The notes beneath the pieces were generated by a model. That model saw only the letters and a list, made by a program, of their open reading frames with translations, did no database searches and was not told the origin of the DNA. Positions 10,094 to 22,784 of a stretch of 39,531 nucleotides of DNA are shown in pieces. This stretch comes from a virus (Duplodnaviria; Heunggongvirae; Uroviricota; Caudoviricetes). The stretch lies in IMG/VR virus record IMGVR_UViG_2548876950_000007; one strand, 5' to 3'. The translations under genes and the position numbers were made by a program. Every line of letters begins with the position of its first letter. Position 1 is the first letter of the stretch.

Positions 10094-10600
10094 TCAGTCG
10101 TTTTTTACACATTCAAAACGGAATATCGTCGTCAAAGTCCATTGGAGGTTCGTTATTGGCATTGCTCTGAGGTTTACCGCCACCGCTGTATTGCTGGTGG
10201 TTTTGAGGTTGGTTCGATTGCCCCAGCCATTTGAGGACTGCGAATCGTCACGGCGAGTGCCAATCATTTGCATGGTGCCACCCTGGCTGACGATAATTTC
10301 CGTCGTATAACGTTCTACACCGACGTCATCTGTCCACTTACGGGTTTTAAGTTTCCCTTCGATGTAGACCTGAGAACCTTTTCGTAAATACTCACTCGCA
10401 ATTTCAGCAAGTTTTCCGAACAAAACGACTTTATGCCATTCTGTTTGCTCTTTCTGTTGGCCCGTTTGCTTGTCGCGCCATGATTCATTCATTGCGATGC
10501 TGAGTCTTCCGACTGCGCCGCCATTTGGTATATATCTGATCTCCGGGTCTTGTCCCAGGGTACCAATCAGGATGACTTTGTTTACACCGCGTTGTGCCAC
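10094..10600 (-). CDS. ssb: single-stranded DNA-binding protein with an apparent frameshift; the conserved C-terminal tail is out of frame
   Basis: N-terminal OB-fold matches SSB ([13 protein letters not shown]...[16 protein letters not shown]); the [11 protein letters not shown]-stop tail is encoded in another frame ending at 10113; frames would join with one extra C in the C4 run at 10221-10224. Confidence 0.7.
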   Translation of the reverse strand: MAQRGVNKVILIGTLGQDPEIRYIPNGGAVGRLSIAMNESWRDKQTGQQKEQTEWHKVVLFGKLAEIASEYLRKGSQVYIEGKLKTRKWTDDVGVERYTTEIIVSQGGTMQMIGTRRDDSQSSNGWGNRTNLKTTSNTAVAVNLRAMPITNLQWTLTTIFRFECVKND

Positions 10601-10619
10601 TTATCTTACCTAATAAAAT

Positions 10620-10636
10620 GAATTAATTAGAGCAAT
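10620..10636 (-). promoter_or_regulatory. C1 repressor operator upstream of ssb
   Basis: gaattaattagagcaat matches 15/17 of the asymmetric P1 C1 operator consensus ATTGCTCTAATAAATTT (reverse complement). Confidence 0.6.
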
Positions 10637-10768
10637 AATGTATATCTTTGAAACGTAGCTAACAAGTGATTTTCATTATCCTGTGCCTTCTAAAGGGATC
10701 GAGTCAGTCGGTATTGGCTGTGAATGGGTGTTTGTCCTGGAGCGTAAAAATTTGCTTATGAGGTCTTT

Positions 10769-11326
10769 ATGAAGGGAAAAACAGCCGCAGGAGGCGGTGC
10801 AATTTGCGCTATCGCGGTGATGATTACCATCGTGATGGGTAATGGCAATGTGCGAACCAACCAGGCGGGGCTTGAGCTGATTGGTAACGCTGAAGGTTGC
10901 CGACGTGATCCATACATGTGCCCGGCAGGGGTATGGACTGACGGGATCGGTAATACACACGGGGTAACGCCGGGTGTGCGAAAAACAGACCAGCAAATCG
11001 CCGCTGATTGGGAAAAGAATATCCTGATCGCTGAACGCTGTATTAATCAGCACTTCCGGGGCAAAGACATGCCCGATAATGCCTTCAGTGCAATGACAAG
11101 CGCGGCATTCAATATGGGATGCAATAGCTTACGGACCTACTACAGCAAAGCGCGAGGCATGCGAGTAGAAACGTCCATCCACAAGTGGGCGCAGAAAGGG
11201 GAATGGGTGAATATGTGTAACCATCTCCCTGATTTCGTGAACAGTAACGGCGTGCCCCTGCGAGGTTTAAAGATTCGCCGTGAAAAAGAACGCCAGCTTT
11301 GCCTGACGGGGCTTGTCAATGAATAA
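10769..11326 (+). CDS. lyz: endolysin Lyz (185 aa)
   Basis: N-terminal signal-anchor-like hydrophobic segment followed by a lysozyme domain; matches P1 Lyz in size and sequence. Confidence 0.85.
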   Translation: MKGKTAAGGGAICAIAVMITIVMGNGNVRTNQAGLELIGNAEGCRRDPYMCPAGVWTDGIGNTHGVTPGVRKTDQQIAADWEKNILIAERCINQHFRGKDMPDNAFSAMTSAAFNMGCNSLRTYYSKARGMRVETSIHKWAQKGEWVNMCNHLPDFVNSNGVPLRGLKIRREKERQLCLTGLVNE

Positions 11327-11611
11327 ACTCCGGCAGCTCCGCCGACTTTCGACAATGAAGTTATCGCTGGCGGCGATAGTTTTTGACTCGATTTTCATGG
11401 CGGTATATGTGCTCAATGAGACGTGGCCACTGGAACCGCTATTGTATGCCGGACTTCGGCTGTGCCTGACATTTTTGAGCATGGCTGCGAGATTGATGCA
11501 GCAGAAAGAAACCGCTTCAGATTGTCCACGCCGCGCGGTGCGCAAATATATGGCACGAAGGCGATAATAGTTAACGAGAACCCCGGCAGCTGCCGGGGTT
11601 ATTTTTGGTGG

Positions 11612-14342
<2,731 letters not shown>

Positions 14343-14408
14343 TTAATTAGAATAATTCGCATCGTGTTTGAACGGAATTTAACACTAGTCACTTGTTAAG
14401 GATTACCA

Positions 14409-17400
14409 ATGAACAAGCTATCTATGGGGGTGTTTCGCTGTTCAAGTGTCAGCGAAATATTGAAATACATTAGGGCAATAACATCTCACCGAGCGCCGAT
14501 TAAATACGGCGTGGAAAAGGTGGAAGGCAAAAGCTATGACCGACTGCGCCGGGAGGCGAATCAGAAGGCGATAGATTTGCTTAATTCGCTGGTGGACGGC
14601 GCGACACTGACAGATGAACAGCGCCAGATCCTGGCTGGGTACACCGGTGAAGGCGGCATTGGCGGGTCCGTCTCCGAATATTACACACCAAAGCCTATCG
14701 CTGAAGGTGTCTGGGAGATCATGAAGCTCTATGGCGCGGACGTAGGTAACACTCTGGAACCATCGGCGGGCACCGGCGTTTTTAATGAGACAAAACCGGT
14801 TGGTACGGTGATGACCGCAACTGAGATCAGCAGTGTTTCCGGTCGTATAAACCAGCTGTTACACCCGGAAGACAGCGTACAGATTTCCCCGTTCGAACAG
14901 CTGGCTGTAAGCACGCCTAACGATTCATTCGACCATGTTGTGGGTAACGTTCCGTTCGGTGGTCGTGATAACACACGCAACATCGATAAGCCTTACGCAG
15001 AAGAAACGGACATGGGTTCTTACTTCATGCTCCGCATGCTGGACAAGATAAAGCCAGGCGGATTCATGTGCGTGATTGTGCCGCCGTCCATTGTTTCAGG
15101 TTCAAACATGAAGCGGTTACGCCTGCGCCTATCACGGAAAGCTGAATTTCTTGGTGCCCACCGCTTGCCTACCGGTACTTTTGACGCAAACGGGACCAGT
15201 ACGGTCGTAGATGTGGTGCTGATGCGCAAACATCCGGCAGAGATGGCTGAGAAAATCCCCCTGGTGGATGAAAGCACTCTTGAATTGGCAAATGTGCTTT
15301 GGCCAACGTTTATTTCTGGCAAGTGGTTTGAAAAGGACGGCCGCCGGTTTGTTCATGGTACCCAGGAAAAGGGCTTCCAGGGGCGTATTGAGGTTCGTGC
15401 CGACGGGCAGATTGATAACCAGGCTCTTAAAGCGAAGCTGATTCATCGTTTCGAAAGTCGTATCGACTGGTCTTTGCTAGATATGGCTGAACCGTCACCG
15501 ACAGCAGACGTTGTTGATGAAGGGGAAATGCGCCTGATTAATGGCGTATGGCAAAAATATGCTGGTGGTCGCTGGATTGAAGCTGATGCTGGTAAGGAGC
15601 TTAAGATTGATGCTGCCAGTTATGGCGCGGATAGCTGGGAGGCTCTTCAGCGTAACCTGACTACAACAGAAGGCCGTCTCGGTATGACATTTACCCAGAT
15701 GGCAAATGTCCGCGATAAGTACACCACATCAATCAGCGACGATATGGTGCAGCTGGTGGACTGGATTAACAGCCAGCCTGAAAAATACCGTGAACGCTTG
15801 TATCGCGGGGCAATGATTGGCCGGATGTTAATTGAATATCAGGATATGAAGGCCGCCGGGCATAGTGCTGAACAAATCGAACAGCAGCGCCTTTCTCTGG
15901 TATCCCGTTTGCAGGCAGAGATTGACCGTTTTGGTAACCCCGGTCGCGGTCCGATAGCGAAATTATCGGGGAGCGGTGCGCGCGCCTGGTTTGCTTTCCG
16001 TGGTGCAATTAAGCTGGATGGCACTATTTCTGACGAGCTGACAGGAAAACTGGTTACGCATGATTCCAGCGCCAGTTATGACTCCACCAGCTATCAGGAC
16101 ACCCTGCGTTATCTCTACAGTGATCTCACTCGCGATCCAATCCAGCTCGATGATTTCCGCCTTGCGTTTACCGGCGAACTGCCAGCCAGTGATGACGAGT
16201 TGCTTAATTTATTGGCCAGCACCCCTGGCATTGCGGTTTCACCGTATGGCGGGATTGTTCCGTTCGCCCGCGCCACCAGCGGAGACATTAACGAGATAGT
16301 GGCACCAAAACAGGAATTCCTTGCCACACTCCCCGACGGTCCAGTAAAGAACAACGTCCTTAATCAGCTGGCAGCGATCGAAGAGAAGCGCATCAAGACG
16401 CCAGCAGAGAATATCCGCTTTAAGCTCAATAGCCGTTGGTTCGACCGTTCCGTCATTCTGGAATTTTTGCAGGAAAACGGCTATCCGGATCTTCGCTATG
16501 TGCAGTCAGTGCAGCTGGAAGGCGACGAAATGGTTTCTGACACCTATCACGGTGGTGATGGTCTGTTCGTCGGGCACCGATACGGTGTCGTCCAGCGCAA
16601 GGATAAAGAAACAGGCGAGATCCGCTACGAGTGGGACCGTAAATCAGGTGAAAACGCGACCGGGTTCCCGGCACAGCTGGAAAAGTATCTCAATGGTGCG
16701 CGTATCGGTGGCAAAGATAGCGCGACGGCGAACGGCTACCGCGAGCAGGTGGCACTGCTTGAGGACCAGTTCAATAAGTGGATCAAGACGCACGATCGCT
16801 ACGATGAGCTGGTTGCCAAATACAACGATGTTTTCAATAGCAATATCCCGTATGAACACTCTGGCGATCCGCTTGGGTTGAAGGGATTAAGCGGTAAGCG
16901 ACAGCCATTTGATTACCAGAATAGCGAGGTGCGCCGACTGTCCGAAGATGGGCGCGGCATCCTGGGCTTCGGTACCGGGCTGGGTAAAACCACGACCGCG
17001 CTGGCGCTTGAGGCGTTCAACTATGAGAACGGTCGCTCCACCCGTACTGCTTATGTAGTGCCTAAATCAGTGCTGGAAAACTGGTATTACGAAGCAAAAG
17101 AGTTCCTGAGTGAAGAAGCCTTCAGTAACTACCTGTTCGTCGGTCTGGATGTACTGATGGACGGCGATCAGATTCGCCAGGTGCCGGTGCTCAATGAGAA
17201 CGGTAAACCTGTACTTGATGCTGATGGCACTCCACTTATGCGCGATGCCCTTAAGCTGGCAGATGAAGCCACTATCACGGCGCGGATGAACGCGATCCCG
17301 CACTCAAACTACCGTGCAGTCGTGTTTACCAAAGAACAATACGCCCGCATTCCGCTACGTGATGACACCGTAGATGAGCATGCACAAGACATGCTTTATG

Positions 17401-20400
17401 ACTTCGTTGCTGCCGGGCGTGTGGCCAGCGCAATGGACTCCGATTCCCATCGCAAAGAGGCGGCGCGTCGCCGGGTATTGTCGGAGTATTCAGATACCGG
17501 TACCGAAAAAGCAGAGAAGTATCCGTACTTTGAGGATATGGGCTTCGACAGTGTGATCGCCGACGAAGGCCACAACTACCGCAATAGCTATAAAAATGGT
17601 CGCGAAGCGTCACAGCTGGCCTATCTGCCCACCAGCGCGGTGGCGCAATCGGCGCGAGATATGGCAATCAAAAACGCGTACCTGATGAAAAAGAATGGTG
17701 GGCGTGGACCGGTTCTCCTGACTGCAACGCCAGTCGTTAACACCCCGATCGATGCATACAACATGCTTTCTCATGTTCTGCCGAAGGAATACTGGCAGAA
17801 GATGGGGATCTACGGTCCTGATGACTTCGTTAAATTCTTCGGCAAGACCAGGCTGGAAACGGTACAGAAAATCAGCGGTGAAGTTGAAGAAAAAATGGCG
17901 CTGGTGGGCTTTGAAAACCTTGATGCGCTGCGCGGCATATTCCATCGCTGGACAACGCTTAAAACGGCGGAAGACGTTAAGGATACCGTGGAGATCCCGG
18001 AACTGGACGAACACCAGCAGGATGCACCTCTTACTGAAGAACAACTGGCGGCGTATGAAGAATTGCGTCAGCAGGCGGAAGCGGCGGCCAAAGCCAACAA
18101 TGGCGTAACGACCTCGGCCAATGAAGACGGCGTGATTGAGCACGAGAAAGCCCGTCCGATCTTCTCAATAATCAGGGATATGGACCGCGTATGTACTGAC
18201 ATGGACCTGTACTATCGCCGGATCACCTATCGTTTCCTGCCGGAGTACGCCGATGCGGTGCAGCAGCTGGCGGACAGTTTGCCTAAACAAGCCACCAGCG
18301 AAGACGACGACAGTGATGATTCAATCACGCAGCAATCGCAATACTCCCTGATAGATAAGGGCGAGTTTATTCAGTTGCAGGTTCCGGAAGCGTTCGAGCA
18401 GGAAGTGAATAAGCGCCTGGCCAGGTTTGGCATTGACGAACAGACCGTAACTCACCCCGTTACACCCAAATACGCGAAGCTGATCGCCACGCTGAAGGAG
18501 TTTTTCCCGGAAGGTAAGCAAATCATCTTCACGGACGAAAAAACGCAGCACCAGAAGCTCAAGCGCATTATCTGCAATGCTCTTAACCTTGAACCTTCAA
18601 AGGTGGGGATCCTGAATGCTCAGACGGTTGCCGAGGCAGGTAAAACCGGTAAGAAACTGAAAGCGGTTAAACCGCCGAAAGAGTTACCGGATGAACCAAC
18701 AGATGCACAGATAGCGAAATACAACGAGCAAATGGCTCTGTATGACGCCTATATCGCGCAGCAAAATGAAATGTCGTTGGGCGGTCTGGAAAAGATTGCA
18801 GCAGACTTCCAGGAGGGCCGGACTCCGATCATCATCTGCAACAAAAAGGCAGAGGTGGGTATCAACCTGCATCGAGGAACGACTGACATCCATCATCTGA
18901 CGTTGCCATGGACACCAGCCAGTATCGCACAGCGTAACGGTCGCGGTGCCCGAGTTGGCTCCAACCGTGCAAGCGTTCGCGTTCATTACTACTGCGGCAA
19001 GGGTTCTTTCGATGAATACCGACTGAAGACGCTGAAGCGTAAAGCAGGCTGGATCTCCGATATCCTCCGTTCAGATAAGTCAGAAATGGAGAACGCCGAC
19101 GCCAACGATATGATCGAAATGCAGATGTATACCGCTAAGGATGATGGCGAACGTCTGGCAATGATGCAGGTTCAAATGGATAAGGCGAAAGCCGCGCAAC
19201 GCGCTCGCCAGAAAGAACAGGCTACTATCGACCTTCAGAACTACATCAAGGCGCAGCACGCAGCTGGCGAGGATGTGGAGGTACTTACCGCTGAATTAGA
19301 GCGAAACAAAGCGGAACTTGAAAAGACCACCGCCGAGGTAGCTAAATTCAAACAGGCGGTAATGGCCAAAGCAGCTGATAACGCAGACTGGAAAGCCCGC
19401 TGGGGTAGCGTCCATCACACAGACCGTACGTTGTTAGCACAGTATCGCGCGTCGTTGAAAAGCGCCATTCAGCGCAAGGCTAATATCTCTCAGGCCATCT
19501 CCCGCTATGAGAAATTATTGAACCGTACTCAGAAGGCCGCGACAGATATCAAACGCCTGCGCCCGCTGGTGGAGGATGCAATAAATAAAGGCATTCTGGA
19601 TGTTGATCCTGATCTGGTTAACCATGCGAATGAGTTTCTTGTTATCGGCGATCGCTCATGGCGTGTAGGCCAATACTACGATTGTGCCGGTGATATCGTT
19701 CGCATTAAGTCGCTGGACTTCGACAGCCAGCGCGCAGACGTGGAGATCATCTTTACCTTCAAAGGCACCAAATCGGGTAACTGGGATGTGAAGACGCTGG
19801 ATAAACAGGTGGATGTAACTCCCGATGAAGATGCTGTTATGCAGAAAATCAGTGGTGGCGTCTCCATCGCCGGGATTAACGACATCATTTCCTGTGACGA
19901 TTTCTACCGTTTCCAGCAGCGCGGCATGATCAAAATCACTGACTCATACGGCGTTCAGACTACAGAGTCAGGCTATAGCATTGATTTTGTTGGCACCTAT
20001 ACGGACCCACTGAAGCATGCGGTTTACCCGGATCGCCGTGACGGCGCGCTGAAGTCGTCAATTGCAAAATGGGTGCTTGGTATGATGTCGGAAGGGAATA
20101 ACCGCCAGATCCGTTCGGCAGAAACATTCCTGGTTGAATTGTTTGGCTCCAATTATGGCGATGTAATCGCGTCATACGGAGATACGCTATCCCCTGAAGC
20201 AATTCAGGAGAAAATAGCGGATGCGATCGCCAGAATGCCGGAAAAAACAAGCCAGGGGTCTACTCGTAACGGGGATTCTGAACTTGAAGTCACCAATGCC
20301 ATTTTCGGTACCAATGAGTTCCGGGCGTCAGATTATGAGATCACCACAGCACAGTTTGGCACCATTGGCATTTACAGCAATAAAGACGAGATCAAGCAGG

Positions 20401-21176
20401 CAATGGACGCAGCAAGCGCGCGCATCGCAGCAGAACGGGAAGCCAATCTGAATCATGCAGTCGCCGCGCTGACTCAATCGTGGGTAACAGCAATCAGGGA
20501 GGCCGCCACCACAGGGAAAATCACACCTGCAATTGCGGATGTCGTAAACGACGGCTCTAAATTTATGGATGCCTATAAAATGGATTCGGTGCAGTTGCCA
20601 TCAGCCTATGGCCAACTCAGCTATCGCATGACCTACAACCTGGTATCAATGTTTTCCGACCTTGCCATCCTTGGGCTGGTGGATCTTAACGAGGTTACGC
20701 CGGAATTGCTCAGCATGCGCAAGAATCATGTGGAGATATTGCAGAGAATTAACACGGTTCTTGCCGGGCGCACCGATGAAGAGAAACAGGCAGACGCTGA
20801 TCGGATAAACCTGGCCCTTGGTAACATCACGGAGGAGGAAATTGCCGCCAGAAACGAGAAACAAGAAGAGTTATCATCAATACAGGGGGATGCCACCAGC
20901 ATAGCTCAGTCTCTTGGTCTGAATTATCGCGTATCCACTGCCGACCTGAAGATGATGTACGCACCAAAATTCGCCTCTGGCGAGGTATTTGGGCTTCAGG
21001 AGGCGTCCGGCATGAAAGGTGTCCTTTTCCGTGCTAAAGACGCAATCAAGGTGAAATTCGGCGCTCGCTGGCTGCCAGCGAAGGCGAAGAACAGCGATTT
21101 CCCGGGTAACTGGTGGATTATCGAGACAAAACACAACGTGGCGGACGTTCTGGCCGTCATCCAACAATACGCATAA
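14409..21176 (+). CDS. darB: DarB, giant anti-restriction protein (2255 aa) with an N-terminal N6-adenine methyltransferase-like domain and a central DEAH-type helicase domain
   Basis: SAM-binding motif EPSAGTGVF, NVPF motif, Walker A GTGLGKTT, DEGH box; size matches P1 DarB. Confidence 0.85.
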   Translation: MNKLSMGVFRCSSVSEILKYIRAITSHRAPIKYGVEKVEGKSYDRLRREANQKAIDLLNSLVDGATLTDEQRQILAGYTGEGGIGGSVSEYYTPKPIAEGVWEIMKLYGADVGNTLEPSAGTGVFNETKPVGTVMTATEISSVSGRINQLLHPEDSVQISPFEQLAVSTPNDSFDHVVGNVPFGGRDNTRNIDKPYAEETDMGSYFMLRMLDKIKPGGFMCVIVPPSIVSGSNMKRLRLRLSRKAEFLGAHRLPTGTFDANGTSTVVDVVLMRKHPAEMAEKIPLVDESTLELANVLWPTFISGKWFEKDGRRFVHGTQEKGFQGRIEVRADGQIDNQALKAKLIHRFESRIDWSLLDMAEPSPTADVVDEGEMRLINGVWQKYAGGRWIEADAGKELKIDAASYGADSWEALQRNLTTTEGRLGMTFTQMANVRDKYTTSISDDMVQLVDWINSQPEKYRERLYRGAMIGRMLIEYQDMKAAGHSAEQIEQQRLSLVSRLQAEIDRFGNPGRGPIAKLSGSGARAWFAFRGAIKLDGTISDELTGKLVTHDSSASYDSTSYQDTLRYLYSDLTRDPIQLDDFRLAFTGELPASDDELLNLLASTPGIAVSPYGGIVPFARATSGDINEIVAPKQEFLATLPDGPVKNNVLNQLAAIEEKRIKTPAENIRFKLNSRWFDRSVILEFLQENGYPDLRYVQSVQLEGDEMVSDTYHGGDGLFVGHRYGVVQRKDKETGEIRYEWDRKSGENATGFPAQLEKYLNGARIGGKDSATANGYREQVALLEDQFNKWIKTHDRYDELVAKYNDVFNSNIPYEHSGDPLGLKGLSGKRQPFDYQNSEVRRLSEDGRGILGFGTGLGKTTTALALEAFNYENGRSTRTAYVVPKSVLENWYYEAKEFLSEEAFSNYLFVGLDVLMDGDQIRQVPVLNENGKPVLDADGTPLMRDALKLADEATITARMNAIPHSNYRAVVFTKEQYARIPLRDDTVDEHAQDMLYDFVAAGRVASAMDSDSHRKEAARRRVLSEYSDTGTEKAEKYPYFEDMGFDSVIADEGHNYRNSYKNGREASQLAYLPTSAVAQSARDMAIKNAYLMKKNGGRGPVLLTATPVVNTPIDAYNMLSHVLPKEYWQKMGIYGPDDFVKFFGKTRLETVQKISGEVEEKMALVGFENLDALRGIFHRWTTLKTAEDVKDTVEIPELDEHQQDAPLTEEQLAAYEELRQQAEAAAKANNGVTTSANEDGVIEHEKARPIFSIIRDMDRVCTDMDLYYRRITYRFLPEYADAVQQLADSLPKQATSEDDDSDDSITQQSQYSLIDKGEFIQLQVPEAFEQEVNKRLARFGIDEQTVTHPVTPKYAKLIATLKEFFPEGKQIIFTDEKTQHQKLKRIICNALNLEPSKVGILNAQTVAEAGKTGKKLKAVKPPKELPDEPTDAQIAKYNEQMALYDAYIAQQNEMSLGGLEKIAADFQEGRTPIIICNKKAEVGINLHRGTTDIHHLTLPWTPASIAQRNGRGARVGSNRASVRVHYYCGKGSFDEYRLKTLKRKAGWISDILRSDKSEMENADANDMIEMQMYTAKDDGERLAMMQVQMDKAKAAQRARQKEQATIDLQNYIKAQHAAGEDVEVLTAELERNKAELEKTTAEVAKFKQAVMAKAADNADWKARWGSVHHTDRTLLAQYRASLKSAIQRKANISQAISRYEKLLNRTQKAATDIKRLRPLVEDAINKGILDVDPDLVNHANEFLVIGDRSWRVGQYYDCAGDIVRIKSLDFDSQRADVEIIFTFKGTKSGNWDVKTLDKQVDVTPDEDAVMQKISGGVSIAGINDIISCDDFYRFQQRGMIKITDSYGVQTTESGYSIDFVGTYTDPLKHAVYPDRRDGALKSSIAKWVLGMMSEGNNRQIRSAETFLVELFGSNYGDVIASYGDTLSPEAIQEKIADAIARMPEKTSQGSTRNGDSELEVTNAIFGTNEFRASDYEITTAQFGTIGIYSNKDEIKQAMDAASARIAAEREANLNHAVAALTQSWVTAIREAATTGKITPAIADVVNDGSKFMDAYKMDSVQLPSAYGQLSYRMTYNLVSMFSDLAILGLVDLNEVTPELLSMRKNHVEILQRINTVLAGRTDEEKQADADRINLALGNITEEEIAARNEKQEELSSIQGDATSIAQSLGLNYRVSTADLKMMYAPKFASGEVFGLQEASGMKGVLFRAKDAIKVKFGARWLPAKAKNSDFPGNWWIIETKHNVADVLAVIQQYA

Positions 21177-21209
21177 CAGGAGCGCCCGGCTCGCCGGGCG
21201 TCGCATAAT

Positions 21210-21650
21210 ATGGCCACACTATCTGATACAATAAAACCGAATAAAACATATCTTGAGGCGGTACTCCGTACGGCGTTGTTAGGAAAGACAGAAGACGAAT
21301 ACGTTGATTTCTTCCTGTCAGGGCTACGCGGGCGATTACTGAAAAATCCCCGTCTGTATCGCAGCTATGGCCCATACTGGCCGGAAATTAAAAAATTATT
21401 ACTGGAGCGCGGTTATGGTAATTTCGGTCGTCTCGTTGACCGTGACGTTCGCAAAATTTACCGTTATGACCGCCCGGCGCTAACACTCATAGCCGCGACG
21501 CTCTACAGCCAGGAGCGTTTTGATAATGGTCAGATATACTCAGCTTGGCATTTACTGCCAGTGCCTGAAGAAGTTGACGACCAGGACTATGAGTTTGAGT
21601 CTTACGATTTGGAAGTTGAAGCCTTGGCACAGGCTGGAGAGAAAACTTGA
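21210..21650 (+). CDS. ulx: Ulx (146 aa), Dar-associated protein
   Basis: Size and position immediately downstream of darB. Confidence 0.5.
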   Translation: MATLSDTIKPNKTYLEAVLRTALLGKTEDEYVDFFLSGLRGRLLKNPRLYRSYGPYWPEIKKLLLERGYGNFGRLVDRDVRKIYRYDRPALTLIAATLYSQERFDNGQIYSAWHLLPVPEEVDDQDYEFESYDLEVEALAQAGEKT

Positions 21651-21895
21651 AAAAGCGATACTACACAGTAAAGCATGGGACGCTACGAGCATTACAAGAG
21701 TTTGCTGACAAGCATAACGTTGAGGTGCGCAGGGAAGGGGGAAGTAAAGCTCTGCGCATGTACCGTCCTGACGGAAAATGGCGGACGGTCGTCGATTTCA
21801 AAACTAACAGCGTTCCCCAGGGCGTCCGCGACCGGGCATTCGAAGAATGGGAGCAGATCATCATAGATAATGCATTGCTTCTCAATGCTGATTGA
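21647..21895 (+). CDS. lxc: Lxc/Bof co-repressor-like protein (82 aa)
   Basis: 82-aa ORF overlapping the ulx stop; size and synteny with P1 lxc. Confidence 0.5.
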   Translation: MKKRYYTVKHGTLRALQEFADKHNVEVRREGGSKALRMYRPDGKWRTVVDFKTNSVPQGVRDRAFEEWEQIIIDNALLLNAD

Positions 21896-21903
21896 GTTTT
21901 GTT

Positions 21904-21923
21904 GGCCCGGTTTGCACCGGGCG
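21904..21923 (+). terminator. intrinsic terminator hairpin after lxc
   Basis: ggcccggt-ttgc-accgggcg followed by a T-rich stretch. Confidence 0.5.
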
Positions 21924-21977
21924 TTTCACAAACAATCAACTGGTTTGTAGTTCCTGCGGCGAGATGAATTATTAATA

Positions 21978-22586
21978 TTATCGTGGTGCCGATGATGCGA
22001 TAGCCTGTATGATGTTATCAATATCGTTATCGTTCAGCATGAATATAGGTACACCATTAGAGTTTGCATTTTTTTCAGTGCTCATCAAACAAAGCCCCTC
22101 ATACATGCCGCGAGTTTTTTTGAAATTGGCGACTGATGGAGTGGTGTAATTTCCTTTAAAGTGCATTCCGGCTGATTCATAAAAAGGAACCAAATCAGAC
22201 TGGCAAATCAAAGCGACCTCATTTGGAAATGCAAGTATTTCTGCCAGTATATTACTTCCAAGTCCATTACCACGATATTGCTCATATACATATATTTTAT
22301 GACAGTACAACGGAAAATTTCCCGATGGATGTCCGAAGATTAAGGCGTATCCGAACAAGTTTTCTTCATTAGTAAAGCCCATAATGCGCAAATGACCGGC
22401 TCGGTAACACTCTTCAAAAACGTTAATTATGTAGCTTCTCGCTGCTTTCAGCTCCTCTTCTGTCGGGAACATCATCAACCCCATAAGCGATGGAGTATAG
22501 GCCAGATCCTGAAGAATCCCATTAGCTTCATTTTCGAAAATTAGCGGTAAGTGCGGTACAATTTCATTTGCCGAGGTATTAGACAT
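21978..22586 (-). CDS. GNAT-family N-acetyltransferase (202 aa), AT-rich cargo gene
   Basis: Acetyl-CoA motif A (R-x-x-G-x-G in YRGNGLGSNIL); about 40% GC with a very AT-rich upstream region; occupies the slot where I recall P1 has res-mod. Confidence 0.6.
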   Translation of the reverse strand: MSNTSANEIVPHLPLIFENEANGILQDLAYTPSLMGLMMFPTEEELKAARSYIINVFEECYRAGHLRIMGFTNEENLFGYALIFGHPSGNFPLYCHKIYVYEQYRGNGLGSNILAEILAFPNEVALICQSDLVPFYESAGMHFKGNYTTPSVANFKKTRGMYEGLCLMSTEKNANSNGVPIFMLNDNDIDNIIQAIASSAPR

Positions 22587-22594
22587 AGTATGGT

Positions 22595-22618
22595 GAGTCC
22601 TTTGTTTTCAAAGGACTC
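22595..22618 (-). promoter_or_regulatory. perfect 9-bp hairpin overlapping the only SD-like sequence of the GNAT gene
   Basis: gagtccttt-gttttc-aaaggactc ends 8 nt upstream of the ATG; no U-tract after it. Confidence 0.4.
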
Positions 22619-22784
22619 ATGTTATCAGTGATAATCGTTTGTTGTAATAGTGTTGATAAAATAATTTTCTATTATGTAAGCAAGCTCATTTTTATGACGG
22701 GTAATGCAAAAAAAATAGAATCAAAAAACTAAAAAATAATAATTCATGGGGTTTTACACCATCAAAAGTCCCCACTATAAATTA

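Noticed and set aside
14409-21176. Numerous 60-130-aa ORFs on the opposite strand or in alternative frames inside darB, ddrB, prt and other long genes
   Set aside because: They are nested inside well-supported long genes and lack ribosome-binding sites; treated as spurious.
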